A stretch of DNA of 64,000 nt, from positions 84,878,001 to 84,942,000 of the forward strand of contig OX597819.1 of the NCBI GenBank assembly GCA_951406725.2, in the 5' to 3' direction. Under the pieces are notes generated by a model. The model made no database searches. It worked only from the letters and a program-made list of their open reading frames with translations, and was not told the DNA's origin. This stretch comes from Octopus vulgaris (lineage: Eukaryota). The translations under genes and the position numbers were made by a program. Of this stretch, positions 1-13,030 are shown piece after piece; the first letter of the stretch is position 1; every line of letters begins with the position of its first letter.

Positions 1-134
1 CTCAATAAATAGAAGTGGTCATTTGATAAACAAGATTATAAAAACACATGCACTCCATCTCTCAAGCACTAGATCTTCTGAGTGTCTTATGTTACTGCAG
101 CAACCTTTGTACTTCCAAATGTGCTAATTACACT

Positions 135-570
135 GTGTAACATGATTTTTGTCCTTGAGTAGCAACTGTCATTTCCTATTTGCTTACCCTTTGAAAGTAT
201 GATAAATGACTAATATTTCCTTCAAACCCTGCTTTTGTTACATTTATTCAAACTCCAAAGAATCCTTCTCGACACATGGCTATGATGCTCCCCCACTACT
301 CCTGCTTATGCTCAGATATGCGTACATTGTCAACCACTCATGCTCAAGTGGTTAAGGTCAAGTAACTGACAAGCAAATCTGTGGTATTGAGCAGAATATT
401 TGCTATAACGATATTTCTGCTTCAGCAATTCTGTGCTGAATCTATCTGAAGTGTAATGGAAAATAGGTCAGTTTCAAAATATTGATATCCAGCTCACAAA
501 ATCAAATTAAAGGAAATAGTAGTCATTTCCTTTGATTTCTTTATAGGAAATAACACTCACTAACCAAAGA
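135..570. repeat. Interspersed repeat; inverted copy at ~62220-62670
   Basis: ctgacaagcaaatctgtggtattgagcagaatatttgctataa is the reverse complement of ~62390-62435. Confidence 0.75.
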
Positions 571-1033
571 CAAAAAAAAAAAATTTAATTTTGTTAGTGT
601 TATGCCACTCCTATTGAAATTTACTTCTCTTTATATGCTCCACTGCATTGGAATGCCATTGCAAGCAATGGGTTGTTCTTATTTCTAAATCTGTTAACAG
701 AGGAGACGCAAATGTCAGAAACCTCTGAGTAAATAGATCATCGAAGGGAGTAGCAACTGTTAATAAAAACTGATAGTGGATTGAGGAAGACTCTTTAGAC
801 ATACTCTACTGCCGGTAACACAATAAAATGCATAGAAACAACAAAAATCAGTAGCTTCATCTACAGCCATATGCATTGAAGAATGACAAGTGGTGTGATG
901 CTTTTGTTCAACTCATAGCAACATGGGGGGAAAAATGGATGCAAGATGAAGATGACCCTCTTAGTAATTCCCCCAGTTTTGCAAATGTTTCTTTCCCAGT
1001 CAAATGGATTGGGGGGGGGGGGAACCAACACTA

Positions 1034-1436
1034 GGCGTAGGAGTAGCTGTGTGGTAAGTAACTTGCTTACAAACCACATTGTTCCGGGTTCAGTCCCACT
1101 GCATGGCACCTTGGGCAAGTGTCTTCTACTATAGCCTTGGGCCGACCAAAGCCCTGAGAGTGGATTTGGTAGACGGAAACTGAATGAAGCCTGTCGTATA
1201 TATGTCTATGTATATATTTATGTGTGTGTATATGTTTGTGTGTCTGTGTTTGTCCCCCAACATCGCTTGACAACTGATGCTGGTGTGTTTACGTCCCAGT
1301 AACTTAGCAGTTTGGCAAAAGAGACCGATAGAAGTATTAGGCTTACAAAGAATAAGTCCTGGGGTCGATTTGCTCGACTAAAGGTGGTGCTCCAGCATGG
1401 CCACAGTCAAATGACTGAAACAAGTAAAAGAGTAAA
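1034..1436 (+). mobile_element. tRNA-derived SINE family A (CORE-like cttgggcaagtgtc, internal (TA)/(TG)n)
   Basis: A/B-box head gtagctgtgtggtaag..gggttcagtccc; tail aaacaagtaaaagagtaaa. Confidence 0.9.
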
Positions 1437-1965
1437 CTAAATCGGACCTTCAACTTTTAATATTATTACTGAAGAATAATGATATTTATTTGTAATTTTT
1501 TACATTCTAAGTTCAAATCCTGTTGTGCTTGGCTTTGCTTTCATCTTTCTAGGCTTGATAAAATAAGTACCAGTATATTAAGTGGGGTGGGGGAGGGATA
1601 GTAGAGGAAAGTCAATCATATTGACTTCCCTCTTGAAACATGTATGACTTTATGCTTACATCAAAGACCATTATTAGTAAAGAATAACGAAAGTCATTTA
1701 CCATTTATGGCTTTTTTTCAAAATGGTTAAGTTCAAAATATTTATTCCAATGAAAAATGTTTTTAGTTCTTCCTAAAAAAAAAAAGAAAAGAAAAAAACA
1801 AAAAAAAAAGACATGTAATGCAATGAATAGAATAGAGCTGAGATATGAAACAAATGAATGGATAGGTTACTGTACACTAGCAACTCATAGATGTGTGAGG
1901 ATCAAATCTACTATAGGTATTTTATTCTTTTACATGATTAGGTGCCATGTATTTTAGGTATAGAG

Positions 1966-2270
1966 TGAAGGCGCATGGCTCAGTGGTTAGAGCGTTGGGA
2001 TTACAATTGTGAGGTTGTGAGTTTCATTCTTGGAGCAGGCTTTATGTTGTGTTCTTGAGCAAGACACTTTATTTCACACTGCTCCAGTTCACTCAGCTGT
2101 ACAAATGAGTTATGATGTCACTGGTACCAAGCTGTATTGGCTTTAGCCTTGAACAACATCGGTGGTGTGGAGCGGGGAGGCAGATATGCATGTCACCCAA
2201 ACTTGTGCCTCAGGTGGGGGGTGACTTTCTAGGTGCGATCCCACGGTCATTTGTGACTGAAAGAGGTCTC
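1966..2270 (+). mobile_element. tRNA-derived SINE, third family (older copy ~5305-5500)
   Basis: tggctcagtggttagagcg head; ttgtgttcttgagcaagacactttatttcac core. Confidence 0.7.
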
Positions 2271-3559
2271 TCTCCCTCCTTTTTAGGTACAAAAGAACTG
2301 ATCACTCATTGCTAACATATTCATATTCATTCATTATCATACAAACGGCTGGTATAAATAAATCTCTTTTATAGAGTTGTATAATGAATGGAAAAAAAAT
2401 CATCTCAAATCAAAAACCCAAAATACTTAATTTAATCATGGTTTTATTTCAGAAACTTGAAAAAAAAAAGCTGTCTAAGTATCATACTTATTGTAAACCC
2501 ACTATCAATAAAGAGGAAAGTTATTGCAATATTTGTTCTGGGATAACATTTCTTATGGGCTTGCTGTGTTAAAACCACAATAAATATCTGAGAGAAAATT
2601 TGTCCCACCAGTGTCCAGTCAGCTACATGTCCAGATGAGAATTCATCTCTGATATTGGACAAAATGAATAAACATTCACTAAAGAGGCCAAAATGTATCT
2701 TGCTCTATTACTGGCTGCTGCTAGGATGAATTTTCATTTATATTTATTGTTTTGAACACAAAAAGTTTATAAGGGATGTTATTTTAGGACAAATACTGTA
2801 GTAACTGGCCTACCAATAGTGTGTATACAAAAGCATTTTAATTAAATAAATAAAGATAAATTTTATTGCATCTGCAAGTAAATTTTTTGAAATTTGTACC
2901 CAAGCATGGCTGTGTGGTTCATAAGTCCACTATGCAACCATGTGGTTTTGAGTTCAGTCCCACTGTGTGGAATCGTGAGCCAGTATTTTCTACTATAGCT
3001 CTGAGTTGACCAATGCCTTGTGAGTGAATTTGTATGAGGCTTGGGTAAAAATCTTGTAGAATGTTATGCAAAGTTTGTCCATAGTTAATGGCCACCTGAT
3101 TCCGAAATGCTCTGAATATTTGTCAGGAATTCCATAGTATCCATAGAGTTTACAGAAATAGATATTTGATAGAAAATGGAATGAACAACATTCTTCAATT
3201 AAAATCACAACAATTGTTTTGACACATTTTTACACCTGCAGTACATTGGTGAAATGTGTAATCATTATCATCCATCCATAGTGTAAAATGTGTCTCCTCA
3301 GGTGATTGTTTCAATAAGTTCTTCATTAGATCCTCTCATCATTTCACTCAGTGTGAAAATGCAAACCCAAAATGATGGGTCATTTTCAGCAGTTTACAGA
3401 CAAAACTAAACCCGTGGATATAGTGACAGACAAAAATACAATTATAATCAAAATATAAAATACAGAAGTAGACATAAAAAAAAGGGTGGATTGATTATAA
3501 TTGTTTGGTACATATGTGAACATAAAATTTTGAGTGAAGATTTAAAAAAAAAATCTTAC

Positions 3560-3976
3560 GCTTTACTCTTTTACTTGTTTCAGTCATTTGACTGCGGCCA
3601 TACTGGAGCACCACCTTATAGTTGAGCAAATCACCCCCAGGACTTATTCTTTGTAAGCCTAGTACTTATTCTATCAGTCTCTTTTGCCAAACCACTAAGT
3701 AAACACACCAGCATCAGTTGTCAAGCGTAAACATACCCGCACCAGTTGTCAAGCGATGTTGGCAGGGGACAAACACAGACATACACTTACACATATATAT
3801 ATATACATATATACGATGGTCTTTTTCAGTTTCCGTCTACCAAATCCACTCACAAGGCTTTGGTCGGCCCGAGGCTAAAGTAGAAGACACTTGCCCAAGG
3901 TGCCATGCAGTGGGACTGAACCGGGAACCATGTGGTTGGTAAGTAAGCTACTTACCACACAGCCACTCCTATGCCT
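3560..3976 (-). mobile_element. SINE family A
   Basis: Reverse complement of the 1034-1436 consensus. Confidence 0.9.
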
Positions 3977-4079
3977 AGACCACATTTTAACAGAAAGTTT
4001 GTATTGAACCTGGGATGGTCTGAGGCAAGTTGATATCAAGAGTTAAAAAGGTTCATAATGTTGGAATACTATTTCCTTT

Positions 4080-4790
4080 CAAGCTTATAGATGCTGAAAC
4101 ACTGCTGCATGCATTAGATGAAGTAGCTTCTGGGATTGGTCTTTATATGAATGCTGGGAAGACTGAATACACATTTTAACCAGAACAGTCAGTTCAACCC
4201 ATTGGGTGGTACACCCCTGAAGAAAGTTGAATGTTTCACTGATCTTGGAAGTGACATCTAATTGACGGAAAAAGAGGTATCAGTTCTCATAGCAAAAGTA
4301 TGGAATGCACTGGACAAATTAAGATGAATTTGTTAGTCTACATTGCTTGACAGAATGAAAAGGGAATTCTTCAGAGTCATAGTAGAATGAGTTCTTTATA
4401 GTTCATCCATGTGAACTCTGACAAAAAACATAGAAAGTAAGCTAGATAGGACCTACACATATAGGTTGCATGCTGTTCACAACAGAACAAGGAAACATCC
4501 GATAAAAGAAAAGCTTTATAGAAATATCCTCAACACATCAATCATTTGAGAGCAGAGGACAAGACATGCAGATTACTACTTTTGAAGTAAAGTTGAATAA
4601 GTGAATGAGCTCTTTCTGTGGATAATGAGCAATGGGAATTCTCATGTTCAATGAGCCAGAATAATATACATTGATCAATCCTCTTGTGATGTTGAGTAAC
4701 AAATAGAAGACCTCAAAAATGTCCTGGAAGATAGGAATGTTTGGAGAGACAGAGTGGTTTTGGTCCAAACAATCTGCCTGAAATGACAGA
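4080..4790 (+). mobile_element. Old LINE relic related to the 56826 element
   Basis: DAETLLHALDEVASGIGLYMNAGKTEY; TLTKNIESKLDRTYT; many stops. Confidence 0.7.
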
Positions 4791-4859
4791 TTTTTTTCAC
4801 TGAAAAAAAAAACATTTTTATTTACAAATCAAAACAAATAAATACACACAAATATTTAC

Positions 4860-4903
4860 CTCTGTTGAGCTGGAGTCAATGTTTCCAATGTATACGATAT
4901 TTT
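4860..4903 (-). CDS. Next exon of the same gene, encoding an RRM RNP2-like strand
   Basis: tctttcag acceptor, gtaaat donor; joins the 6952-7078 exon in frame to give ENIVYIGNIDSSSTE. Confidence 0.65.
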
Positions 4904-5529
4904 CTGAAAGATGAATAGAAGGGGTAAAGTAAGGAATTTTAATATAAAAGAGAATGCATCTTTAAATTCAATTATGTATATTCTTAGCATATTCAAATTT
5001 AGTTTAAAATTTTGACACAATGCCAGCAATTTGGGGGAAGGGATAAGTCGATTAGATTGACTCGTGTTCAACTGGTACTTATTTTATCAATCCTGAAGGA
5101 ATGAAAGGCAAAATCGACCATGGCAGAATTTGAACTCAGAATGTAAAGACAGACAAAATGCCGCTAAGCATTTTTCCCAGAATGCTAAAGATTCTATCAG
5201 CTCATTACCTTAAGCATATCCAATTTTAGCATCATATCTAGCATTTTAAAATACACTAGGTCATATGAAATTATAAAATTAAGATGACTAACATACAGCT
5301 TGTGAAGGTACGTGGTCTAGTAGGTCATAGTCTCAATTCCTAGACTGGCTGGTATGTTGTGTTCTTGAATTAAATTCTTTTCATATAGCTCCAGTTCACT
5401 TAACCAAAAAGGAGTACTGGCAACAGCTGGGGTTAAACATGTGACAAACTGAGTACTGTACTCTCAATTATTTGTAAGGCATGGAAAACAAGATAAGCTT
5501 GGGCCTAATGATCATGTCTGTCACAAGGT

Positions 5530-5870
5530 CCAGTCCTTGTTGCAATGTGGTGGCTTGTGTGCCTCAATGGCCCTGAGAGCTAGGTCAACAGAGTACAAGC
5601 TTCTGGTAGGGCCTCCTACGCTGGTCAAATCACAGGAGGGAGGTCAGACTAATATGGACCACCTCTTCTCAGAGGTAAAAATGGGTTTGTATAGGACCAA
5701 CAACCCTACTTAGAAAAATGTAAAGTTACAGAAGCATCAATGATAATTCAAAACCTCAGGGATGTCACCAGCCCCATATTGAGGGAGTGGCCCTGGTAGC
5801 ATAGAGTTGAGAATAATGGAGAAAAGTTGTTGATGGCTATGCTCCATAAGAAATGAAGGGCTTAAGTAAT
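5530..5870 (+). mobile_element. Internally deleted RTE derivative (5'UTR joined to 3' end)
   Basis: ccttgttgcaatgtggtggcttgtgtgcctcaatggccctgagagc resembles RTE/BovB 5' ends; ends gatggctatgctcc..gaagggcttaagtaa. Confidence 0.5.
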
Positions 5871-6951
5871 GAGCACACAAGCTTATGACAGACAATGCAC
5901 AATACCAAAGAATAAAAATATCACTGTAGAATTAAACAGATTTTCAAAACAGTTCTTATAGAATATATAAAGTTATGTATATGAGCAGTTGGTTAACATG
6001 TTAAACACTCTAGACTAAATTGTGCAACAAAGTAAATTCTGGAATGCACAGAAATTGGTGATAGTCTGAGTTAGAAACAATAAGTCCATAGAAGAGTTCA
6101 AAGAATTTAGTGTCATGATGAATGAAGAACCTCATGTTTTGCATCCTTGCCATTTATCTGAGAGTGAGTAGTGTCATATAGAAGGTGTTGAGCTGGCAGA
6201 AAGGTTAACAGACCAGGCGAAATGCTTAGTGGTATTTCGTCTGCTGTTACGTTCTGAGTTCAAATTTAGCTGAGGTCGACTGTGCCTTTCATCCTTTCGG
6301 GGTCGATAAATTAAGTACCAGTTGCGTCCTGGGGTTGATCTAATCGACTGGCACAATCCTCCAAAATTTCAGGCCCTGTGCCTAGAGTAGAAAAGAATAG
6401 TGTCATATAGTCAAACAAAACTACCACATTATCATTCTTTTTCCTTATTAGATTCTTCACTTGTCATGATAATTTAACTTGTTAAATTCTTCTAGAAATC
6501 ACCTATAAAAATATAGTATATCTTCTTGTGTAACCCTAGTTCAAGTAAATAGATTACATGTAAGTAGTGGGTTGAATGGCTGGAAGTAACCTACAGATGC
6601 AGAACTTCTGATATATCATGATCCCTTTATAAAAAGGGTTAACTGGATTGCAGAGAAAACAACATGCCCATACTGCCTCAATGTTCATTATACAATAAAT
6701 TATTGCAGTGATCTGTTGCTCACATAGCGCTATGAAACTCTGAGCATGTGTTTACTTTGCTGTTCAGTTAGCAATTTTACAAATGGAGATTTTAGTAGTG
6801 ATTACAGTAGAGACACAAGATGAAGGTAACACAAAGAGATGTGAGAACGAAAGCTAGAAATATGGAAAGAAGAGAAAGATAGATATTTGTTTAATATTAC
6901 TTGACAGAAATGTGCATTAGATTTCTCATTATTTGAATCAATCTAACTCAC

Positions 6952-7078
6952 CAAACTTGTTTAAAAGATCAGATTCTGGAATGATTTGATCAGTAGCCAT
7001 CATGATTTCAGACATGTTGTCCATGGTCACTTTGATCTTAATATCACTGAGTTTTTTGTGAATTGATTTTTGTGGGTG
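6952..7078 (-). CDS. Exon of a divergent gene, probably holding the start codon (ATG at 7024) of an RRM-domain protein
   Basis: ttttttcag acceptor, gtgagt donor, open frame HPQKSIHKKLSDIKIKVT-MDNMSEIMMATDQIIPESDLLNKF, ACCATGG Kozak context. Confidence 0.65.
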
Positions 7079-8022
7079 CTGAAAAAAACAAAAAAGATAG
7101 TACAACTACACATAAACATTCTAATAATGTGTATCTAAACATTGCAGCACTATTGGTGTCTTCTACCATAACCTCACCCCATACTGATGCTGTCAGTGTA
7201 AAAGCTGAGTCTTCTGCAATCCTTAATTCACTTCAATTTTTCTCACTTCCTACATCATCATTTAACATCCATTTTCCATGCAGGCAATGGGTTGAACAGG
7301 AGCTGACTAGCTGAAGGGCTGTTCAGGCTCCGTCTTTTTGGGCATGGTTTCTGTGGCTGGATGCCCTTCCTAGCATCAACCACTTTACAGAATGTACTGG
7401 GTGCTTTTACACAGTACTGGTATGGATGCTTTTTATGTGGCACCAGCACCTACAAGCCTGTGAGATTAGGGATGCTCATCTGGGGAGGGTTGCAGAGGAC
7501 GAGCCATGCTTTTACTTAGCTTGATATGTCTTCACAAGCACAGCAAACCACCAGGAATCTCGGTCCCTTGTCATCCCCTCTGTGAGTCCCAACATTTATA
7601 GATCCTTTCTCACCACTTTGTCCCATGTCTTCCCCTTCCACATGTTCCCTCTACAATTAAAGATTGGCACCTCTTGATGTAGCCAATAACCCTTGAGTTT
7701 CTTTTTCTCATCTCTAAACCTAATCTACACCAAATTATAAACATTTACACACTTACTGCATTATATGACTACTACCTTATTGCAATTACCCATCACAACA
7801 CCACCTATGTCCTGTACCATATGGTACTTCAACTTAGCTGACTGGATTGAGGTCTGCCAGTGAAGCAAATGTGCTTCACTCCTGACCTATCAGAAACAGA
7901 TAAGTGGGTGATTAAACTATCCTTCAAGGCATATTCCTCTACATTCTGTACACAGCTAAAACCTAATGCCCCAAATTCCCAGTTACGCTGAAGTTGTTCA
8001 GGCAAAAAAGCAAGACCTATAA

Positions 8023-8560
8023 TCATCATCATCGTTTAACGTCCGTTCTCCATGCTAGCATGGGTTGGACGGTTCGACCGGGGATCTGGGAAGCCAGAAG
8101 GCTGCACCAGGCTCCGGTATTATCTGGCAAAGTTTCTACAGCTGGATGCCCTTCCTAACGCCAACCACTCCGTGAGTGTAGTGGGTGCTTTTTACGTGCC
8201 ACTTGCACTGGTGCCAGGCGAGGCTGGCATCGGCCACGGTCGGATTGGTGCATTTTATGGAAGCCAGTCAAGGCGGCACTGGCTTCGGCTACGATTCGGA
8301 TGGTTCTTTTTACGTGCCACCGACACGGAAGCCAGTCGAGGCGGCGCTGGCATCGGCCACAATTCGGATGGTGCATTTTATGGAAGCCAGTCGAGGCAGC
8401 ACTGGCTTTGGCTACGATTCGGATGGTGCTTTTCACGTGCCAGTCGAGGCGGCGCTGGCATCGGCCACAATTCGGATAGTGCTTTTTACGTACCTCCAGT
8501 CCCAGGACCCTGGCATCTGCCAGGTGCTAGTCATAGGATTGGTTCAATTTCGATTTCGAT
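8023..8560 (-). mobile_element. RTE 3'UTR fragment with expanded internal tandem array
   Basis: (CAT)n-cgtttaacgtccg..ggatgcccttcctaacgccaaccac followed by ~5 units of gccagtcgaggcggcgctggc..ttcggatggtgc. Confidence 0.85.
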
Positions 8561-8579
8561 GAATATCTGATGAAACACA

Positions 8580-11470
8580 CATGCATGCCAAAACTGGGTG
8601 ACATTTACCTAGCAATACAACAACTGTAAGGTTATTATCTGAATTTGAAATCTGGCCAAAAAGATTCCCACCAACTTTGCAGAATCTTTTTTCTCTCTGC
8701 TTCATAAAAACAATGGCTCTGTGAGCAATACCTCTAAGGAAAAAACTTCTGCCTTCATGGCCCACTTATGCAGTCAAGTCCACATCATACACATTTGGTA
8801 TCTTTCAAATTCTATCTCTTCCCTGCCCTTCAGATCCACTACCTTGCATACACATCAAATGCAGAAGTATTCCTGATAGTGTCCTTTCCATTGTCCTCAA
8901 ACATTGCACTCCAGAGTAGATGTTATTACTAAGCAAACACATAAGACATCCTTTGCTGGAATCTACGGGGTGACCCCAAATTAACAGAACCCACAAATCT
9001 TTGAATAAAACTGTTAATTTTAATTTTTCTTCTTTTCTTTTTCAGGGTATACATGTTGATTTTGTGCATGAAAGATTGGAACAATAGTCTACCCTAACAT
9101 GTCTTAGTCAACAAAAGAAAAGACATTTTGCCTGGAGGCTTATTTCGCCAACATATCATACACTGCAGTGCAAACAAATTTTCAGACAGTTTTGGTGTTA
9201 TCATGCTCCATCAAAAAGTAGAATTTTTGACTGGGTTCAGAAATTCAGAGAGTACAGGACTGTGCAAAATCTTATTTCTAAAGGTCTGAGAGACACTTAT
9301 TCTGTCAAAGGGTGAGTGCTAGAACAGAAAGAAACATTGATGCTGTATGGGACTAGGTGGGGCAGAGCCCAAAGAAATCACTTTGATAACATTGAGAATC
9401 TCTCAGAGTCTTTGAGGCATGTTCTTAAATCAGATCTTCATTTGTATCCTTATCAGATCCAAATAAAGCAAAAACTTACAAAGGCAGACATAGAAAAACA
9501 CATAACCATGTGTGAATGATTTTGTGAGACAGTCAAAGACAATCCAGACTTCTTGGATCGTGTTTGGTTCTCTGACAAAGCACACTTTTTGCTGTCAGGA
9601 CATATAAACAGCAAAAATAATGTTTATTGGGGTACATCCACACCAGAGGAAGTGTTTGAGAGGTCGTTACACTCAACAAAGTGCACACCATGAGTAGCAA
9701 TCTCTAAACATGGCATCATCGGCCCATATTAGTTCAAAGACGAAAATGAGAACTCAAACGGTGAATACAGAGCATTATGTAGCAGTGCTGAGGAAGTTTT
9801 GGATATCACTGGGATGACGCAGAAGGATAGCTCGAGATGAACAGCGGTTCCAGTAAGAAGGTGCCACCCCCACACATCAAACGACACCCTAGCCTGCATT
9901 CACCGGAATTGAACCCCCCAGTATTTTATCTGTGGGGGTATCTCAAGGATAATGCTTACCAGAACAACCTTAAAATGATTGGTGAACTGTAGGCAGCAAT
10001 CAAAGCAGAAAACAGGGAAATCCCTAAAGAGAAATGTGTTTGAGTAATTGACAATTTTGCATGACATATCTCCAATGTTGCAGAGACCATTTGGAGCATA
10101 TTTTGAAAAGAACATGACTTTTATGTAAAGGAAACGATCGTACACAGACCGAAGTTTAAGTCTGGCAAATTTGGTGTTATCATGCTCCATCAAAAAGTAA
10201 TTTGCTGGAACTCTGTAGGATTTGATAAAATTTTTATGGGTTGTTTTTTTTGGGTCACCCTGTACCTTAATACTTGGAAACATGCTACAGTATGTTTCAT
10301 TCCTAAGAAAGGTAACCTCTGAGACCCTATTGCATTCACTTCTAATGTCTCTAAGGTGAAGAAGACAATCATTAGTGATATTCTCCATCATTTTGAACCT
10401 CTCTTTCCTTAATGTTTAGTCCAACTTCCATAAAGCCAAATATTGTGGCCATCTACTCTCTTCTGTGATCCGTCAGTGAGTTCTTGCTTTGAAGGAATTT
10501 GGTGAAAACAATGTTATTGTTCTCAATATCAGCAGATCTTGAAACTGTATTTGGTATGCAAATATCCTATTGAAACTTTCTGCCTATATGTTCTACCTAT
10601 CTCTTATTTCTAGGATTGGTAGCTTTCTATCGTCAGATTTAACTATCCCTGTGCTGATGGAACTCGTTCTGCCTCTCATTCTCTCGACTTTGGCATGCTC
10701 CAGGATTTGGTTTTGTCTCCTATTCTCTTCTTACTACACATCAATGACTCACCACCACGTGTATCAATGCTCAACCATTTGCAGATGACACTACCCTTCA
10801 TTCTTCCAACCATATATATATATCCACATGCACCTGACACTCATGCTCACAAACACACTGATATGAGCATAAACCTTCTCTGATGGGGATATACCAATCT
10901 TGTCTCTTTCTACAGCAACACAAACACTACTCATCATAACACGCTCCACTTAATCTTGAGTAGCATTAAGTTAGAATCCTTAAAAATCACTAATTGTTGG
11001 GTCACCCTATCACATCTGTAACATAACTAGGACCATATCCCAATGATTGGTCTTGCTCTTTAGGACCAGAAGATATTTCAGCCCCCAACAATAATTATTT
11101 ATTCTCTATAAACGCTCAGGTGATAGCCACAGTGGGGTATTGCTCTCACATTTGGGGTGGCACTACAACTGCAGACACAGACATCCTGGACTACATTTGG
11201 AAAAAGGACACCCGACTGAATAGCATAAAGTCACTTGTATTCTCCAGTCTCTGGTCTTTTCTACTGCAACATATAATGCCTTGTCACCTCCACTTTAGCA
11301 TTCTTGTCTCTCCTCTTCTCATTAACCTTGTGGTTCTTAACTACCTCCAGGCACCCACACAAGTCATTATGCTTTCTTCTTTCTTACCAGAATATCAGAG
11401 CTCTAGAATTCACTTCCTGCATCAATCTCACTGGTCTAGGAAAATTGCCTTTTCCTCCAGACCCAGCAAG
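8580..11470 (+). mobile_element. Old CR1/Jockey-like LINE RT relic split by the mariner insertion
   Basis: IVLKHCTPE before the TA site continues as TWKHATVCFIPKKGN..IAFTSNVSKV after it; later QVIATVGYCSHIWGG. Confidence 0.65.
8966..10262 (+). mobile_element. Tc1/mariner-superfamily DNA transposon relic (maT/DD37D-like), defective transposase
   Basis: TA flanks (8964-65, 10263-64); TIRs c(g/a)gggtgaccc..aacccaYaaa; motifs DLHLYPYQIQIKQKL, WFSDKAHF, GIIGPY, GATPHT, PELNP.FYLWGYLK with stops and frameshifts. Confidence 0.9.
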
Positions 11471-12169
11471 TTAATGTAAAAAAGAAAAAGAAAAAAAAAA
11501 GACATCATTAATAACTAGGTATTTGAATCGTGACACTCTTCTAGTAATGACATAATATTTCTGTACAACTTTTCTTTCATTCAGAGTATAAAAAAACATA
11601 CTTTTAGCTAGAATGTCAGTTAAAACTTGCATGAAGAGAAAAGTTTAAAAAAGCATGAAATGTAAACATTTATTCATAACAGAATAGTTCAATAAAAAAT
11701 TTCGCTTACAATATACATATTCCTCTCCAACTATTTCAAAATATTTTTTACTTTAAAATGTCTGAATTTGTTATTACAATTGTGTGTGGAGTAGGACATT
11801 GTTTGGCAAAACTACAGGCTAAATACTTACTTCACAAGACCTAGTTCACTGTTGAATTTAAATGCTATCTAGAATTTAGGATTGCTTATTTGATTGCAGA
11901 ACTAAACCAATCCCAAGAACTGGGAGAATGCAGCAGTAGTCATACAAATGAAACCTCCCTAGATTCACTGCATAAAGTCCTTTATGGTGCTCTAAGTGAT
12001 TTGGAGAGGATGTCGGTTTTTTAAATTCATAATAAAGACTTATCTTAGTTCTATTGGCAATCCATATTTTCCATTTATAATTTTTAATATCAACTGTACT
12101 ATCTTATTTCCAGAGGATCCTTAAAACGTGATCAAAAGATTTGTTTGTTGGTTTTATTATTTATTGCTT

Positions 12170-13030
12170 GCTGTGACTGCTGAAGACATGCGTAAGCTTG
12201 CAAGGAATGAAGCCAGTATGCTCCACTGAATGTGTAATGTCAGTGTGCATACATGACAGAATGTAAGCACCCTGAGAGAAAAGTTGGACATAAGAAGCAT
12301 CAGATGTGGTGTGCAAGAGAGACGACTGCACTAGTATGGTCATGTGTTGCAAATGGATGAGGACAGCTGTGTGAAAAAGTGTCACACCCTAGCAGTTGCG
12401 GGAACCTGTGGAAGAGGTAGACCCAGGGTGACCTGGGTGGCCAAAAATGACCTTCGAACATTGGGCCTGTCTGAGGCAATGACAAGCAGCCAAGACCTTT
12501 GGAGATATACTGTGCTTGAGAAGACCCGGCAAGCCAAGTGAGACCATAACCATGGCCTATGCCAGTGCTGCATAACCAGCCCATTTAAGAGTACCCTTCA
12601 AACATTGGGCAATAATCTCAGTTTGCAAAGACCTGTTGAATTGTTATCATGGTCGATGACAGTACCACCTGACTGGCACTCGTGCCAGTAGAACATTAAA
12701 AGCACCATTCGAGCGCGATTGTTGCTTGTGCCGCCTGACTGGATACTGTGCTGTTGGCACGCAAATAGCACCATTTCAGTGTGGTTGTTGCCAGCGTTGC
12801 TTGACTGGCTCCTGTGTTAGTGGCATGTAGAAAGCACCATTTGAGCATGGACAATGCCAGCTCTCGTGCCGGTGGCACGTTAAAGTACCCACTACATTCT
12901 CGGAGTGGTTGGCGTTGGAAAAGGGATCCGCTGTAGAAACTTTGCCAAATCAGATTGGAGCCTGGTGCAGCCTTCAAACTGTCCAACCCATGCCAGCATG
13001 GAAAGCAGACATTAAATGACGATGATGATA
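12170..13030 (+). mobile_element. RTE LINE 3' end: ORF tail, 3'UTR with internal ~60-nt repeats, (GAT)n tail
   Basis: Same ORF tail as 26910-27150, ending WRYTVLEKTRQAK*, then UTR ending gacgatgatgat. Confidence 0.88.

Noticed and set aside
611-810. 63-aa minus-strand ORF as a possible next exon of the RRM gene
   Set aside because: No RRM helix or RNP1 similarity and ambiguous splice sites.
2444-2720. 72-aa minus-strand ORF as a candidate exon
   Set aside because: No good phase-0 acceptor and no recognisable homology.
8052-8570. 172-aa and overlapping ORFs; CRISPR-like look of the repeat array
   Set aside because: Lies in an RTE 3'UTR tandem array; units are whole-length repeats without unique spacers, there are no cas genes, and the context is eukaryotic.
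8598-8735. Minus-strand exon-like segment with ag/gt ends
   Set aside because: Out of frame with the 7078 exon and overlaps the plus-strand LINE relic.
11899-12025. Plus-strand open stretch ELNQSQELGEC..LERMSVF after a cag
   Set aside because: Isolated, with no partner exons or known motif.
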